Origin: Calditrichia bacterium
GTDB lineage: Bacteria > Calditrichota > Calditrichia > RBG-13-44-9
Direction of reading: 5' to 3'
Assembly (NCBI GenBank): GCA_037381445.1
Contig: JARRQT010000016.1
Location: 1 to 21,983, forward strand
Length of the DNA stretch: 21,983 nucleotides
Part shown: positions 8,726 through 17,081 of the stretch, piece after piece
Layout of the letters: each line of letters opens with the position of its first letter
Numbering within the stretch: position 1 is the stretch's first letter
The notes under the pieces: generated by a model
What the model saw: only the letters and a program-made list of their open reading frames with translations
Told to the model about the DNA's origin: nothing
The model's database searches: none
Translations under genes and position numbers: made by a program

Positions 8726-8744
8726 ACTGATATTCCCCGCTCTC

Positions 8745-9995
8745 TCAATTTTCACTATTCATTCCCAGTGTGCCGGACGGTCCCTGGGTATCGATGGAAA
8801 CCAGAGAACCGGCTGATTCATAGCTTTGTCCTTCGCTGGTCACGACCAGGAAATGGTAGGTGAATTTGCCGTCCGGAACCAGGGTGCCGTTATCATCGCG
8901 GCCGTCCCAGACAATCTGTTCGGGGAGCTCGCCGACCTGGGTGAAATTGCGCACCACATTCTTCTGCCGGTCCAGGATTTCAAACGTCCAGCGGCTGACT
9001 TCCCCGCGGCTTCTCACCTTGAGCTTTATTTTGGAAATGTTCTGTTCGCCGGTGGGGGAAAACACATCCGGAGAGGCATCGGCTCCCACACCGAATCCGC
9101 TGAAGGCGTAATTCACGGCAATCAGATGATTCATGCCCAGATCGGGCACGCTCTGGTTGCTGTAATCCAGGCCGATCTTGTCGAATGATATCCCGATACC
9201 CATAGCAAACTGGTCCGAGTTTAAACCGGTGCGCAAAGCAAGATTGGGCAGGGCCTGGTATTCGGCCCCGATATTGAAGCGGGTTTTATCCCATCCCGAG
9301 ATTTTGGAAATGTCGGCGCTTACCACCAGTTTGTTTTGCAGGAAGCTGGTGGCGACCCCGGCCCGAAACTGCATGGGGAATTTTTCCGATTGACTGGCCA
9401 GCGTCACCGTCGGCGAAATCAGGTTGGTGAGGGCAATACCGGCATCCACCCGCTCGAACAGGCGCTTCTTCAGGCCGATGTCCGCGCCGTGACCTATACC
9501 GGAATAACCCAGCATTTTTTCGGTGACCAGTTTATAATTGATGCCGAAAGCGATGTCCGCGAACAGTTCTTTAGACCACGAGAGCAGGAAGGCCATATTG
9601 GTCAGGCTGAAACTCCCCAGCGCTTCATTCAGCTCATTCCGCTGGTCAAAATCGCCGGAGGTGAGGGCCAGGACGCCCAGGCCGAAATTGCCGTAGCGGC
9701 GGGTGGGGGCAGTAGCCGCGATGTAATCGAAGCTGGTGCTCATGAACAGCCGGGAATGCATGAAGTAGATCTGGTAGGGGTCCTGGTTTGCCAATCCTGC
9801 CGGATTCCAATAAATTGCGGTTCCGTCCTTGGCCAAGGCCGTGAAGGCATTTCCCATCGCCATGGCCCTGGCGCCCACACCCATCTGCAGGTAGGTACCC
9901 GGCATGCCTGCCACTCCATCCTGGGAAAACAGAGGGCTGTTTCCCCACACTGCCAAAGAGAGAACCGTGCATAAGATTATCAGTTGTTTTTTCAT
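8745..9995 (-). CDS. PorV/PorQ (UPF0164)-family outer-membrane beta-barrel with C-terminal FlgD_Ig-like domain
   Basis: Start reassigned to ATG 9995 (GGAG RBS, signal peptide). N-terminal family motif YLQMGVGARAMAMGNAFTALAKDGTAIYWNPAGL, amphipathic strands through HLIAVNYAF, then VFSP..WTFEILD..VVRNF..IVWDGRDDNGTLVPDGKFTY. Confidence 0.85.
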   Translation of the reverse strand: MKKQLIILCTVLSLAVWGNSPLFSQDGVAGMPGTYLQMGVGARAMAMGNAFTALAKDGTAIYWNPAGLANQDPYQIYFMHSRLFMSTSFDYIAATAPTRRYGNFGLGVLALTSGDFDQRNELNEALGSFSLTNMAFLLSWSKELFADIAFGINYKLVTEKMLGYSGIGHGADIGLKKRLFERVDAGIALTNLISPTVTLASQSEKFPMQFRAGVATSFLQNKLVVSADISKISGWDKTRFNIGAEYQALPNLALRTGLNSDQFAMGIGISFDKIGLDYSNQSVPDLGMNHLIAVNYAFSGFGVGADASPDVFSPTGEQNISKIKLKVRSRGEVSRWTFEILDRQKNVVRNFTQVGELPEQIVWDGRDDNGTLVPDGKFTYHFLVVTSEGQSYESAGSLVSIDTQGPSGTLGMNSEN

Positions 9996-10054
9996 TTTAT
10001 TTTCTCCAAACATTTCAATTCCGTTTGTTTTTCTTTCTGACATTTTGAATCATC

Positions 10055-13000
10055 CTATCGCATAACTGCTATCTTACGTTTGGCATCCATTACTGATTTA
10101 CCGTTAGCGGTTGCTCTGGCAATGAGAATATATCCGCCGTTCCCGACTCTCTGACCGCGGTCGTTGACGCCCGCCCAGGCTATTGAATTGGGATGATTGC
10201 TGCTGTTCCGTCCCCTGCCGCCCGGTTGGCCGGCCGCAATATTTTTGGTCCACACCAGGTTTCCGAAGAGATCAAATATCTGCAGGGTGACGTCCGCATC
10301 CTCGGGCAAGTAGTACTCAATGTGCGTCACATCCGATTCCAGTCCGAAGGGATTGGGATAATTGATCGGCTTCCCATCCGCCAGGGTGGAAGGGGTCAGG
10401 TTGACCAGTATTTCGAAATCAGTGTAAACCGAATCCACACTTGCCCGGACCACATTGGTTTCGGATACCTTGCCTGCTACAAACACCACGGAGGCGATTC
10501 CCTTTTCATCGGAAAGGGTGGCGTTCTGTTTCAGCTGGCCCGTTCCCGAAAGCAGTTCAAATTTGACTTCCTGGTTTGTGACAGGATTTCCGCTTCCGTC
10601 CAGCAGCTGGGTAGACAGGGTCACTTCTTCCTTTCCGCGCAGTTCTGTTTTCGGGGCGCTGAATTCGATGCCCGAGACGCTTCCGGCAAAGATTTCAATC
10701 GGATCGGAATAGGCCGGTGCTGTTTCCGTTTCATCCACCACTTTGATTCGGATGGTTCCCACGGAATTGTAAACCTGCTGGATGGTCCGCTGGCCGCCCT
10801 GGAGGTTGAAGGAGGCATTTTCCACTGCTCCCACTTCCTTTGTGATATCCTGGGCATCCACCGCGCTGAGATGGACCACCTGGCTGGCGCCGGGTATCGT
10901 TTCGCCGATGCCGTTTTTGTAGAAGACCTTCATTTCGAAGGGTTCTCCGGCGGCAACCCGGTTGGCGCTGAGCTGAAGTTCATAATGGAGGCCGCCCACC
11001 AGCACGTCCACCAGCCCATCCAGCGAAGTGCGGATCTGGCTGTTGGTCTCGTCAATGGCGCGGATGATCTGGTTGCCGCCCTGCTTCAGGGTGACTGAAA
11101 AAGTGCTCTTCCCGCCGACCAGCTGCGGCTGTGAATTCTCAACGGCAGCGGCGTTGTCGGTGGTGAACAGCCGGATATGGTCCGAAGGCACCGATGTCAG
11201 CAGGTTCCAATAATCATCTACTGCATAAACATTCACGGGGAAGGGCAGGCCGGAAGTCTGCTTCAGCGGCGTGTCTTTTCTGCCGGGTGTTTTCAGAGGA
11301 TCATTTTCAGTGTCACCGGGCAGCGGCGCCTCACCGGGCAGCAGTACCAGCAATTGGCTGAATTGATTCGGCTGGATGGAAAAACTGTCGCTCACTGCTT
11401 CTGCAAAGTCCTGCTGCTGTGAGAATTTAGCGCGAATGGTGTGCTTGCCGGCCGCCCGCAGCGTGACTGGTATCTGCAGTTCGCCATTCTCAAGCGCCAG
11501 TTGGCTGGAAACGGCGGCGAAGGAATCGCTCACCGATAGGGTAAGGGAATCAGATTGCGACCGGATCAGGTTGTAATAGGCATCCACGGCACGGACCAGC
11601 ACATTCACATTGTTGCCGGCAATATGACTGGTGGCATCACCCTTTTTCCCGGGAGCGACGCCGGGGGTTGCACTTTGGCCGGGAAGAACGATTTGCAGTC
11701 CCGCGAGCTTGTCCGGTATCACCGAAAAGGCGTTGCTGTAGCCTGTATGGGTATTGGGCGCGGGCACATAATCCGCTGCATAGAGCACTACGTTGGAATC
11801 CGCCCGGGTGACTGCCAGCTGGCCCTGCCAGACTCCATTTGCCATGGTGACGCCGGTCTGTGAAAGGGTGCCGTTTCCGGTGGAGGCGGAGAGAATGATG
11901 TCGCCTTCGTAATCGGTGACGGGATAGTCATTCTGGTTCTGGGCTTCTATTTTAACCGTGAACGGGCTTCCTGCCACGCGATTGCTGTCGATGGCCGAAA
12001 TCGCATAGTGATGATGATCGCAGGATTGCACAAAGACAGAGGTCGAGCTATCTATAATCACTCCGTGCTCAATATCCTGCACGATCAGAGTATTTTTGCC
12101 TGGTGTCAGAAAAGTGAGCGGGAATGAGGTCAGATCGGCTGCCAGCAGGGTATCGGAGGGCAGAACGGCCAGCAGGTCGGTTGAAGAAAAATGAACGCTC
12201 AGGCTCTCCGGCTTGACGGCGTTCCACCAGGCATCCGTGACGCGGAGGCTGGTCTGAAAAGGAATTCCGCTGATCTGCGCATAGGGATTTCCGGTTTTTC
12301 CTGGGGCAAGTCCGGGAGTAGCGGTTTCGCCCGGCATCAGGATCTGCAGCCGTTTCAGCTCGCCGGAAACCAGTGTGAAGGGATTGCTGTTTCCGCGGAC
12401 CACATCCGCGAAATCGTGAATATTCAGATGGGCGCTCTGCACGGCCTTGGTGACCACAACCGGTCCGCTCCATGCGCCATCGGCAAATTTTACCTGTTCC
12501 GCGAAGATGGTTCCGGGACCGGTAGAAGAAGTGAGGCTGGCCGTTTCGCTGTAGTTCTTCACCGTTTCGCCGTTTCCGTCCACCGCACGGATAGTCACCT
12601 GAATGGTGTCACCGGCAGTCTGGGGGCTCTTGATGGGATCGAATGCGAAACTGGCCACCGAACCGCTGATGACGTGAATGAGCGGTGAGGTGTCGGAGGA
12701 TATCTGCAGATCGGTTTTATACTGGGCGGTCAGCGTCCAGTAACCCGGTGTATTCAGTCGGACATCGCTGAAAGTAATGGTCCCGGCCTGCATGGCGGCA
12801 TCCAGCGGCAGTGTGGCATTCTGGTCAGTGGAAGTGATGCCAACCAGTCCGTCTGCCGATACGATCGGGTTCCACCACGCATCCACCGCATTCACCGTAA
12901 CAATGACAGCGTCTCCGGAGACCTGGGTTTCCACTTCGCCGGTTTTTCCGGGAGCAACACCGGGGGTTGCGGTTTCGCCGGGCAGAAGGATTTGCATGCG

Positions 13001-16000
13001 GGTGAATGTCCCGGCACTTATTTTGAAAAGATTGCTCTGGCCGCTGTGGGGCGTCGATGCATAATCCATGCAGGTCAGTTGCGCATTTTCCATGGCGCGG
13101 GTGATAGTGATTTTTCCTGTCCATACACCGTCCACAAAATCGATTTCGGTGGGGGAAAGGGTTGCCTGTCCGGTGGAGGTCTGCAGTCTCGCATGACCAT
13201 TATAACCCGCCACAGGATTTCCGGCCACATCGGAGGCCGTAATCCGGATCGAGAATCCGTTTCCTGCGGTTTGATCGGCGATGGCATCAAATTCGAAATG
13301 ATCAAGATTGCCCGGATTCACATTGAAGGCGCTGCTCACTGCCGCCAGCTTTTCGGGATCCGTAATATCCTCGGCGGTCAGGGTATGGGTTCCGGCGGTG
13401 CCCATCATAACCGTGGGCCGGGCCGAACCGTTGATTAATTTGCTCTTTGCGGTAAGCGTAGCGTTTTCATCGGAGGATAACAGCCTGATGCTGTCCGATA
13501 CCGAACTCACCAGGTTCCAGTAATTGTCCACCGCCAGCACCCGCGCTTCAAACTGATCGCCGGTGAGCTGGTCCAGGGGCTGTCCGGATTTTCCGGGGGC
13601 GACGCCCGCCTGCAATTCCTCGCCGGGAAGCAGGATGTGCAGCTTCTTAAACGAACCGGCCAGCACCGTGAATGCATTGCTGGTGCCAGTATGAACGGGC
13701 GTTCCGTTATCGCTGACCGAAACGGTTACTTCCGTGGCCGCCCTGGTCAACCGGATTTCGCCGGTCCATTCGCCGTTCTCGAAAGGTCCGACCTCGGCGG
13801 GTGTCACAGTGCCTTCATCGGTTGAGGCACTGATCGATAAAATGCCGCTAAAGCCGAACAGCTTCTGGTCCTCGGTCCCGCGGGCTTCAATGGTCACGGA
13901 AACGGGCTCTCCGGCGGTTGCCGGACCGGTTATTGTCTTAAATGTGAAATGGTCCAGATCCTGCGGCAGTATGGTAATTTCAGGCGTTTGCCCATTGTGG
14001 ATAGCGGGATTGTTCAGATGAAAAGCGGAGACAGTATGATTGCCCGCTCCGTTCAGCGTGATGCTCAGGCTTCGGGTGCCCTTTGCCAGAACGGTCGGTT
14101 CCGGCAGCGAGGCGTAGAGATCGGTGGACGAAACACCGAAAGAGTCCGAGGAAGTGGTGACCACATTCCAGTACTGGTCAACACCATTCACCACCATCGG
14201 GAAGGGCTCTCCGGCATTCTGCACCTGCGGTGTTCCGCTGTATCCCGGGGCAATGCCAGGGGTGGGAATCAGTCCCGGAACAATTACCTGGAATGCCGCC
14301 AGCGGCCCGGGTTTAACTTCGAAATCGTTACTTTGCCCGGTGTGAGCCGGCGTTGCCCCGTCGGAGGCAGAGAGGTATACGCCGCCGGATGCTTTTTTCA
14401 TGGTAATATTTCCGGTCCACGAACCATTGCTGAAATTGGCGGTCACGGGGATCAGGGTGTTGTCGCCGGTGCTGGCGCTGAGCAGTACCATGCCGGTGTA
14501 ATTGGATACCGGATTGCCCTGCGGATCCACCGCGGTTATGGTTACTGAAAAAGGAATACCTGCCTGCTGCGGTCCATTGATGGGATTGAACACAAAGCGG
14601 TCCAGATTCCCGGGATTGACACGAATCTGACTGCTGGTCCCTTTCAGAACCGAAGGATTTGTCTGGTTGGTGGCGGAAATGGTCTGCAGGCCGGTGTTGT
14701 TCAGAGCCACCAGAAACTGGCGCGTGCCATTATTCAATGAGATGTCCTGCGGCAGGGAAGCGGACGGATCGGTGCTGCTCAGGTGAACCACATCCACATT
14801 ATTGGGGATTACATTCCACCATTCGTCCACCACATTTACCCGGGTATAGAAATTCGTTCCGGCCAGCACTTCACCGGCATATCCTGTTTTGCCAGGGGCA
14901 ACTCCCGGGGTAGCAGCTTCGCCGGGCAGCAACACCTGCATTTTGTGGGCGGGACCCGGTACAACATTGAACTGATTGCTTACCCCGCTTTGCGGGGGAT
15001 TTGTACGGTCCTGCACATTAACAGTGACCAGCGAGGCTGCTTTGGTGAGGGTGATTTCTCCTGACCACCAGCCGTTGGTCATGGTTATCTCGCTGGGAGA
15101 AATGGTGGCCAGACCAGTGCTGGCGGACAGATCCAGTGTAGCATTGAAATTGCTGATCAGGTTCCCCTGGGCATCTACGGCAGTAATGATGGAGGAAAAT
15201 GCTGATCCGGCAGTCTGAGGTGATGAGATTGAACTTATAGTGAAATGGTCCAATTTGCTTGAAAAAACCTCAATTGGGGAACTGACGCCATTTAAAATGG
15301 AGGAATTGTTCACATCCCGCGCGGTAATGGTCTGGCTGCCCTGCGTGTTCAGCTTTACCAGCATGGAAACCGCGCCATTGCTCATGGATTGACTGGAGGG
15401 CAGCGTCGCCGCCGCATCACTGGAAGACAATGAGATGGTATGCGCAACATTTGTTTTCAGATTGAAGAATTCATCCGTGGCAAAAACATCGACAAAAAAA
15501 TCTTTTCCGGCCTGCTGGGAGTTGGGAGAACCGCTTTTTCCGGTAAGGCTTCCCGGCAGATGATTTTCGCCCGGAACGACGGTCAGCAGCCTCTTGAAAT
15601 CTCCGGGCAGGGCGCAGAAGCGGTTGCTTTCCCCCTGAATGCCGCCGTCAAAGGCCCGGACCCATACGTCGCCGGTTACTCCCCATCCACGGGTTTTCTT
15701 GCCTGCGCGGTAAATCCATACGCTTCCTTTCCACTTACCGGCTTCCAGCCTGATCCTTTGGGGAGAAATCCGGCCGATGCCGTAATCGGTTTGCTCGGAT
15801 AAATCGACATACTGGTTATAGTCATATACCCGATTTCCGTTATTGTCACGGGCGATAATCTCCACCTGCTTGATTTCTTCGCCCACGGTCACCTGTCCCG
15901 GCATGACCCACCAGGGGTCCCCGATTTCACTGATCGTGAAGTAGCCTAATTCCACCACGTTCAATGCCGGAGAAGTCACACTCTGTACCGCGGAATTGCT

Positions 16001-16396
16001 GTCATCATGAATACTGATAGCCTGATTTCCGGTGGAATTTAAGGTGATGCTGAGCCTGGCAGTGCCGTCTACCACATTGACCGGCAGCGGCAGCGAGGCG
16101 TAGGGATCACTGGATGAAACGGAAATCTGGTCGGAAGAGGGAACCACATTCCAGTTCTCATCCACCACATTGACAATGATCTCGAATGGTATGCCTTTGG
16201 TCTGTCCCTCGGGCTCGCCGGTATATCCGGTTGCGGTTCCGGGAGCAGCGGTCATGCCCGGCAGCAGGATTTGCAGCTTTTTTGCAACCTGTGCATCGGC
16301 ATTCGAGAACACTGCCAGTATTAATATGACAAGTAATCCGGTGGAATACCGGAAGATGTTCGAAGGAAAAGAGGACTGCCTCCCTGGGGTTTTCAT
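10055..16396 (-). CDS. 2113-aa secreted Ig-like repeat surface protein with Big_1-like domain and T9SS-type/FlgD_Ig-like C-terminal domain
   Basis: GGAGG RBS (16404-16408); signal peptide ending NADA; ~216-aa tandem units. Big_1-like segment LLDGSGNPVTNQEVKF...SDEKGIAS. C-terminus NYPNPF...IEYYLPEDADVTLQIFDLFGNLV...WAGVNDRGQRVGNGGYIL...KIAVMR. Confidence 0.9.
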   Translation of the reverse strand: MKTPGRQSSFPSNIFRYSTGLLVILILAVFSNADAQVAKKLQILLPGMTAAPGTATGYTGEPEGQTKGIPFEIIVNVVDENWNVVPSSDQISVSSSDPYASLPLPVNVVDGTARLSITLNSTGNQAISIHDDSNSAVQSVTSPALNVVELGYFTISEIGDPWWVMPGQVTVGEEIKQVEIIARDNNGNRVYDYNQYVDLSEQTDYGIGRISPQRIRLEAGKWKGSVWIYRAGKKTRGWGVTGDVWVRAFDGGIQGESNRFCALPGDFKRLLTVVPGENHLPGSLTGKSGSPNSQQAGKDFFVDVFATDEFFNLKTNVAHTISLSSSDAAATLPSSQSMSNGAVSMLVKLNTQGSQTITARDVNNSSILNGVSSPIEVFSSKLDHFTISSISSPQTAGSAFSSIITAVDAQGNLISNFNATLDLSASTGLATISPSEITMTNGWWSGEITLTKAASLVTVNVQDRTNPPQSGVSNQFNVVPGPAHKMQVLLPGEAATPGVAPGKTGYAGEVLAGTNFYTRVNVVDEWWNVIPNNVDVVHLSSTDPSASLPQDISLNNGTRQFLVALNNTGLQTISATNQTNPSVLKGTSSQIRVNPGNLDRFVFNPINGPQQAGIPFSVTITAVDPQGNPVSNYTGMVLLSASTGDNTLIPVTANFSNGSWTGNITMKKASGGVYLSASDGATPAHTGQSNDFEVKPGPLAAFQVIVPGLIPTPGIAPGYSGTPQVQNAGEPFPMVVNGVDQYWNVVTTSSDSFGVSSTDLYASLPEPTVLAKGTRSLSITLNGAGNHTVSAFHLNNPAIHNGQTPEITILPQDLDHFTFKTITGPATAGEPVSVTIEARGTEDQKLFGFSGILSISASTDEGTVTPAEVGPFENGEWTGEIRLTRAATEVTVSVSDNGTPVHTGTSNAFTVLAGSFKKLHILLPGEELQAGVAPGKSGQPLDQLTGDQFEARVLAVDNYWNLVSSVSDSIRLLSSDENATLTAKSKLINGSARPTVMMGTAGTHTLTAEDITDPEKLAAVSSAFNVNPGNLDHFEFDAIADQTAGNGFSIRITASDVAGNPVAGYNGHARLQTSTGQATLSPTEIDFVDGVWTGKITITRAMENAQLTCMDYASTPHSGQSNLFKISAGTFTRMQILLPGETATPGVAPGKTGEVETQVSGDAVIVTVNAVDAWWNPIVSADGLVGITSTDQNATLPLDAAMQAGTITFSDVRLNTPGYWTLTAQYKTDLQISSDTSPLIHVISGSVASFAFDPIKSPQTAGDTIQVTIRAVDGNGETVKNYSETASLTSSTGPGTIFAEQVKFADGAWSGPVVVTKAVQSAHLNIHDFADVVRGNSNPFTLVSGELKRLQILMPGETATPGLAPGKTGNPYAQISGIPFQTSLRVTDAWWNAVKPESLSVHFSSTDLLAVLPSDTLLAADLTSFPLTFLTPGKNTLIVQDIEHGVIIDSSTSVFVQSCDHHHYAISAIDSNRVAGSPFTVKIEAQNQNDYPVTDYEGDIILSASTGNGTLSQTGVTMANGVWQGQLAVTRADSNVVLYAADYVPAPNTHTGYSNAFSVIPDKLAGLQIVLPGQSATPGVAPGKKGDATSHIAGNNVNVLVRAVDAYYNLIRSQSDSLTLSVSDSFAAVSSQLALENGELQIPVTLRAAGKHTIRAKFSQQQDFAEAVSDSFSIQPNQFSQLLVLLPGEAPLPGDTENDPLKTPGRKDTPLKQTSGLPFPVNVYAVDDYWNLLTSVPSDHIRLFTTDNAAAVENSQPQLVGGKSTFSVTLKQGGNQIIRAIDETNSQIRTSLDGLVDVLVGGLHYELQLSANRVAAGEPFEMKVFYKNGIGETIPGASQVVHLSAVDAQDITKEVGAVENASFNLQGGQRTIQQVYNSVGTIRIKVVDETETAPAYSDPIEIFAGSVSGIEFSAPKTELRGKEEVTLSTQLLDGSGNPVTNQEVKFELLSGTGQLKQNATLSDEKGIASVVFVAGKVSETNVVRASVDSVYTDFEILVNLTPSTLADGKPINYPNPFGLESDVTHIEYYLPEDADVTLQIFDLFGNLVWTKNIAAGQPGGRGRNSSNHPNSIAWAGVNDRGQRVGNGGYILIARATANGKSVMDAKRKIAVMR
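11040..16285 (-). repeat. Degenerate intragenic tandem repeat: (A-B)x7 then A-A Ig-like modules, ~650-nt period
   Basis: The A-module motif LQILLPGE.A.PG.APGK.G recurs near 16270, 15580, 14935, 14285, 13635, 12990, 12340, 11690 and 11345. The B-module motif LDHF....I..PQ.AG...LSASTG...G.W.G...G.SN.F.V lies between them. Confidence 0.85.
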
Positions 16397-16428
16397 AAAT
16401 ATACCTCCATATATTTGAATATGATCAA

Positions 16429-16884
16429 TTAATTTGCCCGGTTTTTGGAATCTGTCTGTAATTTTTCATGGGATTCCGAATGCTCGGTATTATGTTCCTT
16501 TTCCAGTTTCTCCAGCAGAAAATTCAAATTGTCACCGATTTCATGCAGATAATCGGTACCGCGCATGTGGATTCTGTGCCGGTAATTCCCGGTAATTGCC
16601 TGCTGTAATGCCCGTTGGATTTGAATCAGGGGGCCGGCAATGCGATGGGACAAACGGGCGCCCATCCAGAAATTGAAAGCGCTGATAACGAGGATCGCCA
16701 AAAAAAGGATTGAGAACTTCCAGTATACCCGCAGATCGACCGGAAACTGGTAGGAGCTTTTTTCCACCCAGTAGAGAATGACACCGAAGAAAAGAATTTC
16801 CGCGGCGGTCAAAAAGGTATATAGCAAGGTGAATGCATGTTGTAAATTGGGTCGAATATAGTAGAATCGGCGCATATGACACAT
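16429..16884 (-). CDS. Small two-TM membrane protein with HAMP-like C-terminal domain and no output domain
   Basis: Two hydrophobic segments, then SHRIAGPLIQIQRALQQAITGNYRHRIHMRGTDYLHEIGDNLNFLLE (HAMP-like P...G.l...i.....DE...l...N). The start may be ATG 16875, which has better RBS spacing. Confidence 0.75.
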   Translation of the reverse strand: MCHMRRFYYIRPNLQHAFTLLYTFLTAAEILFFGVILYWVEKSSYQFPVDLRVYWKFSILFLAILVISAFNFWMGARLSHRIAGPLIQIQRALQQAITGNYRHRIHMRGTDYLHEIGDNLNFLLEKLEKEHNTEHSESHEKLQTDSKNRAN

Positions 16885-16913
16885 CCCTGTTTTTCTTTCC
16901 TACTGCCAATAGG

Positions 16914-16928
16914 GCAAATGGGGTGCCA
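16914..16928 (-). promoter_or_regulatory. Sigma54 (RpoN) -24/-12 promoter
   Basis: The minus strand reads TGGCAC-CCCAT-TTGC (GG-N10-GC), correctly oriented ~30 nt upstream of the first operon gene. A sigma54 activator gene flanks the operon. Confidence 0.8.
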
Positions 16929-16970
16929 CCTTTTCAGAATTTTCCTAATTTCAAAAATTACATCTTATTG

Positions 16971-16986
16971 AGTGATGTGGATCACA
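16971..16986. promoter_or_regulatory. CRP/FNR-family-like binding site
   Basis: AGTGA-TGTGGA-TCACA, one mismatch to TGTGA-N6-TCACA; GATCACAT matches the extended CRP consensus. Confidence 0.45.
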
Positions 16987-17063
16987 TCCCGGACTGTTGG
17001 CGGTTTTAGAAGTGTGGTTCATATGAAACAAAAATGGAAAAAAAGGTGGTTTATTTGCCCCAG

Positions 17064-17081
17064 CCGGTTCATTTGAACCGG
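17064..17081. promoter_or_regulatory. Perfect inverted repeat, candidate upstream activator sequence
   Basis: CCGGTTCA-TT-TGAACCGG, ~135-155 bp upstream of the sigma54 -24 element. Confidence 0.35.

Noticed and set aside
3088..10043. Longer ORF-track starts at 3150, 4234, 8755 and 10043
   Set aside because: Three overlap upstream genes, and all four add sequence ahead of the signal peptide or TM. Downstream ATGs at 3087, 4153, 8725 and 9995 have RBS-like motifs.
2248..10370. Flagellar interpretation (FlgD-like domains, MotA-family protein, sigma54 control)
   Set aside because: No flagellar structural genes are present. The motor partners are ExbD/TonB type rather than MotB, and the FlgD_Ig-like domains sit in Sec-exported proteins.
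10193..11098. 301-aa + strand ORF, and other long + strand ORFs such as 5567-6394, 9336-9974 and 13949-14548
   Set aside because: They lie antisense to well-supported genes and have no recognisable motifs; typical shadow ORFs from codon bias.
11040..16285. CRISPR array or DNA-level tandem repeat
   Set aside because: The periodicity is ~650 nt, in frame and conserved at protein level only; there are no identical short repeats with spacers.
16931..16965. IHF site between promoter and enhancer
   Set aside because: AT-rich, but no correctly spaced WATCAA-N4-TTR match on either strand that I could find.
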